Assembly: GCA_965208675.1 (NCBI GenBank)
Contig: OZ242351.1
Coordinates: forward strand, 2,592,001 to 2,656,000
Source of the DNA: Candidatus Poribacteria bacterium
GTDB taxonomy: Bacteria > Poribacteria > WGA-4E > PCPOR2b
DNA: 64,000 bases
Direction: 5' to 3'
Numbering within the stretch: position 1 is the stretch's first letter; each line of letters opens with the position of its first letter. The notes under the pieces are model-generated. The model saw nothing but the letters and a program-made list of their open reading frames with translations. It did not search any database and was not told the DNA's origin. This document shows positions 61,065-64,000 of the stretch, piece after piece. Made by a program: the position numbers and the translations under genes.

Positions 61065-62753
61065 TTAGGTAAGCAACGGTATTAGCCATCGCCTCGCCGT
61101 ATCGATGTCCATACCGGTGCGTTCTGCATAATCTGCAACCTGATCCTCCCCGATCCTGGCGATACTGAAATATCGAGACTCTGGATGCGCGTAATACCAT
61201 CCACTCACAGACGCTGCTGGGAACGTCGCTAGATTCTCCGTAAGCGTAATTCCCGTGTTCTCTGTTACTTTCAACAAATCAAACAGCGTCCGTTTTTGGT
61301 TGTGATCCGGGCAGGCAGGATACCCCGGTAACGGACGGATGCCTGGGTATCTTTTGGCGATCAGGGCATCGTTATCCAACGCCTCATCGACGGCATACCC
61401 CGAAAGCGTTTCGTGCATCTTCTCCTCGAACGCCTCTGCTAACATGTCAGCCAACGCCTGCGCCATAATACGGTTATAATCGTCCTGTTCCCGCTCGAAT
61501 TCAGCACAGAATTCGGGGACACCGTATCCCGTCGTCACCGCGAAGGCACCGATATAATCTGGCAATGCTGTCGCTTTCGGCGCGATGAAATCACCGAGAC
61601 TGAAGTTCGGTCTGTTAAACGGCTGTTCCGTCTGTTGACGTAGGTGGTGTAGTGTAGCGATGGGTTCCGTCCGCGCTGCGTCGGCATAGATTTCGGTGTC
61701 TTCGCCGACACCATTGGCCGGGAAAAGCCCAACGACAGCGCGTGCTTGAAATCTTTTCTCTTCGATAATGATACGCAAAAGTGCTTCCGCATCTTTGAGG
61801 AGTTTGCGCGCCTCCTCGCCGACCTGCGGATTTTCCAATATATTTGGATACTTACCCCGGAGTCCCCAGATTGTGAAAAACGGACTCCAGTTGATGTAAT
61901 CAACGAGTTCCGACAGAGGGTAGTCGTCAAAAACCTTAATCCCTATCATAGACGGTTCAGGTGGCTGATAATTCTGCAAACCCGGTGTGAATTTCCGCTC
62001 TTGTGCGACACTGAACGGTAGCAAGTTCACCCGCTTTCGGTTCTTCGTACGCCGCACGCGGATATTGGCGTATTCTTCACGCGTCTGCGTCATGAACGCC
62101 TCCTGCCTTTCGTCGCTCATCAAGTTGCTGACAACACCGACGCTTTGGGATGCATCCCTCACATAGATTGTTGGACCGTTATAAACAGGTTCAATTTGGA
62201 CAGCCGTATGTACTTCTGTAGTGGTAGCACCGCCGATGAGTAGTGGGATACGGAATCCTTCACGTTCCATCTCTTCAGCAACATACTTCATCTCATCTAA
62301 CGAAGGCGAGATGAGTCCACTTAATCCGATCATATCGGCGTTTTCTTTCCGCGCGGCTTCAAGAATCTCGTCTGCAGACACCATCACACCGAGATCAATG
62401 ACTTCATAGTTGTTACACCTAAGCACAACTCCGACGATGTTCTTTCCGAGGTCGTGCACATCACCCTTCACCGTTGCTATTACGATTTTGCCTCTTGATT
62501 GGACATCACCTTCCGCTTGTTCCTTCTCAATGTCCGAAATGAGATGCGCAACCGATTTTTTCATGACCCGCGCGCTTTTGACAACTTGTGGCAGAAAAAT
62601 CTTACCCTCGCCAAAAAGTTCACCGACACGGTTCATAGTGCGTGCTTCCTTTGCAAGTGTCTTGAGTACTGTTAATTTTTCTTCTAGCGGCATTTGCTGA
62701 ATTAGATCAATAACCTGTTCAGTTGTTAATTCGAGCGTTAGACTCATGCACAT
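61065..62753 (-). CDS. C-terminal half of B12-dependent methionine synthase (cobalamin-binding plus SAM activation domains) fused to an unrelated ~38-aa N-terminus
   Basis: [30 protein letters not shown] and PGYPACPDH; no homocysteine- or pterin-binding domains. Confidence 0.9.
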   Translation of the reverse strand: MCMSLTLELTTEQVIDLIQQMPLEEKLTVLKTLAKEARTMNRVGELFGEGKIFLPQVVKSARVMKKSVAHLISDIEKEQAEGDVQSRGKIVIATVKGDVHDLGKNIVGVVLRCNNYEVIDLGVMVSADEILEAARKENADMIGLSGLISPSLDEMKYVAEEMEREGFRIPLLIGGATTTEVHTAVQIEPVYNGPTIYVRDASQSVGVVSNLMSDERQEAFMTQTREEYANIRVRRTKNRKRVNLLPFSVAQERKFTPGLQNYQPPEPSMIGIKVFDDYPLSELVDYINWSPFFTIWGLRGKYPNILENPQVGEEARKLLKDAEALLRIIIEEKRFQARAVVGLFPANGVGEDTEIYADAARTEPIATLHHLRQQTEQPFNRPNFSLGDFIAPKATALPDYIGAFAVTTGYGVPEFCAEFEREQDDYNRIMAQALADMLAEAFEEKMHETLSGYAVDEALDNDALIAKRYPGIRPLPGYPACPDHNQKRTLFDLLKVTENTGITLTENLATFPAASVSGWYYAHPESRYFSIARIGEDQVADYAERTGMDIDTARRWLIPLLT

Positions 62754-62869
62754 TACCTTCTGTCTGTCAAACTGTAGATTTCCTCTTTTGGAAACTTTGT
62801 AGATGAAAGCCTGCTTGAATAATTGGTAGCAAGGTCATTTGTAGGAAGTCATGTATTAAGTGTTGGCTG

Positions 62870-62946
62870 CTACATACCTGCGCCCCGCTGGGGCTTGGGG
62901 CAACGGGGTTTCGAAGTTTCTACACACCTTCCGCCCCGCTGGGGCT
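62870..62946. repeat. REP-like doublet
   Basis: ctaca...cgccccgctggggct occurs twice. Confidence 0.6.
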
Positions 62947-63266
62947 GTTAGAGGCCGGTGCGCAGGGCGCACCCTACAAATGTACTTTTCAAACAGGTTC
63001 TTAGGACTTACGCAGTCGATCGCTCAAATCTGCCTAATCCGACAGTAGGGAATAACGATCGTTATTCCCGACAAAAGCCTTTACTCCTTAATTTTCGTTC
63101 ATAACTGTCTAAACATTGGAGGTAACTTAAATGCCAGACAGGTCATTGTGCCTTAAACAAAATTTTGTCTACTACCAAATCGGTTAAGGCAAACTGCTCA
63201 GACAAATCGACCGCATACTGACCGAAGTAAGAACTCGGGCAACCGACTCCGTTTGAATGTTAAACT

Positions 63267-64000
63267 TTAACTTATCGAAAAAACGCTCACCCGACCCGAC
63301 TCGTCACCAACGGCAATGTACTGGTCATTCGGTGACCAAACGAGGCTTGTGACCCCCGCGGTCAGAGCCGCTTCATGTACCGGCCGAGAACGGAGTCTGC
63401 CTCGCAATTGCCAGACGAAGACCCGACCGTCGGCGCCGCCCGAAGCCAACAGTTTTCCGTGATGTTGAAAACGCACAACGCTGATAAAATCCTGATGTCC
63501 GGAAAGCGTAATGGGTTTGGAACCGGCGGGTCCGCGGCCGGAACAATCCCACACCGTAACGTCCTCACTGCCTCCCGTAGCCAAGTATCGACTCGCGGCA
63601 TCCCACGAGAGTTCCCGCACCTTTGTCGGATAGCCAGACATTTGCAAATCGTCACCGGTAGACATGATCCAGAAATGTACGGTCGAATCTTGATCTCCTG
63701 TGGCGATGTATTTGCTGTCAGGGCTCCACGCAATCACCAGTGATGAGCCTTTCCATTCCAACCGGCGGACAGCGTCCGACTGTTGCGGGTCCCATAGCGT
63801 AACGCCGCCGTACGCTATCGAGGCAAGTTGCCTTACATGCGGTTTCCACTGGAGACCAGAAATCGTGCTCTGATGGTCGCGATATTCGCGAACAAGTTCG
63901 CCGGCGGCGCTCCAGAGTTTCAGCTTGCGACCAGCGGCAGAAGCGAGGATCGGTTTCTTGCCGCCGCTCCATGCTAGGTGCTCAACCCATGCTGCGCCCC
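63267..64000 (-). CDS. WD40-repeat protein (5' end outside the window)
   Basis: The frame stays open from the window edge (GAAWVEHLAWS...) through WSPDSKYIATG and GHQDFISV. Confidence 0.9.
   Translation of the reverse strand, partial: GAAWVEHLAWSGGKKPILASAAGRKLKLWSAAGELVREYRDHQSTISGLQWKPHVRQLASIAYGGVTLWDPQQSDAVRRLEWKGSSLVIAWSPDSKYIATGDQDSTVHFWIMSTGDDLQMSGYPTKVRELSWDAASRYLATGGSEDVTVWDCSGRGPAGSKPITLSGHQDFISVVRFQHHGKLLASGGADGRVFVWQLRGRLRSRPVHEAALTAGVTSLVWSPNDQYIAVGDESGRVSVFSIS

Noticed and set aside
63718-63972. Separate ORF or frameshift in the terminal WD40 gene
   Set aside because: The WD40 frame is open continuously to the window edge; this ORF is an overlapping alternative frame.
1-64000. 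tRNA, rRNA or known riboswitches
   Set aside because: No T-loop/cloverleaf, rRNA or recognisable aptamer signature was seen by eye; an Infernal/tRNAscan run would be needed to exclude them formally.

Overview
Bacterial chromosomal window of about 50% GC. The gene content suggests Candidatus Poribacteria, but this is inference only: WD40 and internalin-type LRR proteins, a 'LLQNYPNPFNPETWIPYQL' FlgD/T9SS-like C-terminal domain, two PhyH dioxygenases, a giant ECF sigma fusion and dense GTAG-type REP repeats. Positions 1-14.3 kb form a repeat-rich accessory region. It holds a P4-type integrase remnant, a high-GC VOC segment, four Gly-rich 22-aa repeat paralogs, a shared leader plus signal-peptide module in front of two unrelated genes, a 420-bp tandem array and length-conserved REPIN-like elements. 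Positions 14.7-45 kb are mostly housekeeping or metabolic: hisD, a highly divergent EF-Tu paralog, an S55 peptidase pair, minCDE, larA, mobA and two Ldh_2 paralogs. Positions 45.5-48.2 kb carry a sigma-54 promoter with palindromic enhancers, a structured RNA segment and a -1 frameshifted DEAH/DUF1998 helicase. Positions 50.5-53.3 kb are hisI-trpE-trpG behind an unannotated His+Trp leader peptide and attenuator. Positions 56-63.4 kb are a phyH-cydAB-IS5-metH(C-half) block flanked by copies of a WD40 gene 3' end. The best candidates for new biology are the pseudo-GTPase EF-Tu, the dual His/Trp attenuator, the sigma-54 RNA/helicase unit and the modular accessory array. No rRNA, tRNA or CRISPR array was seen. 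All calls are by eye; no searches were run.
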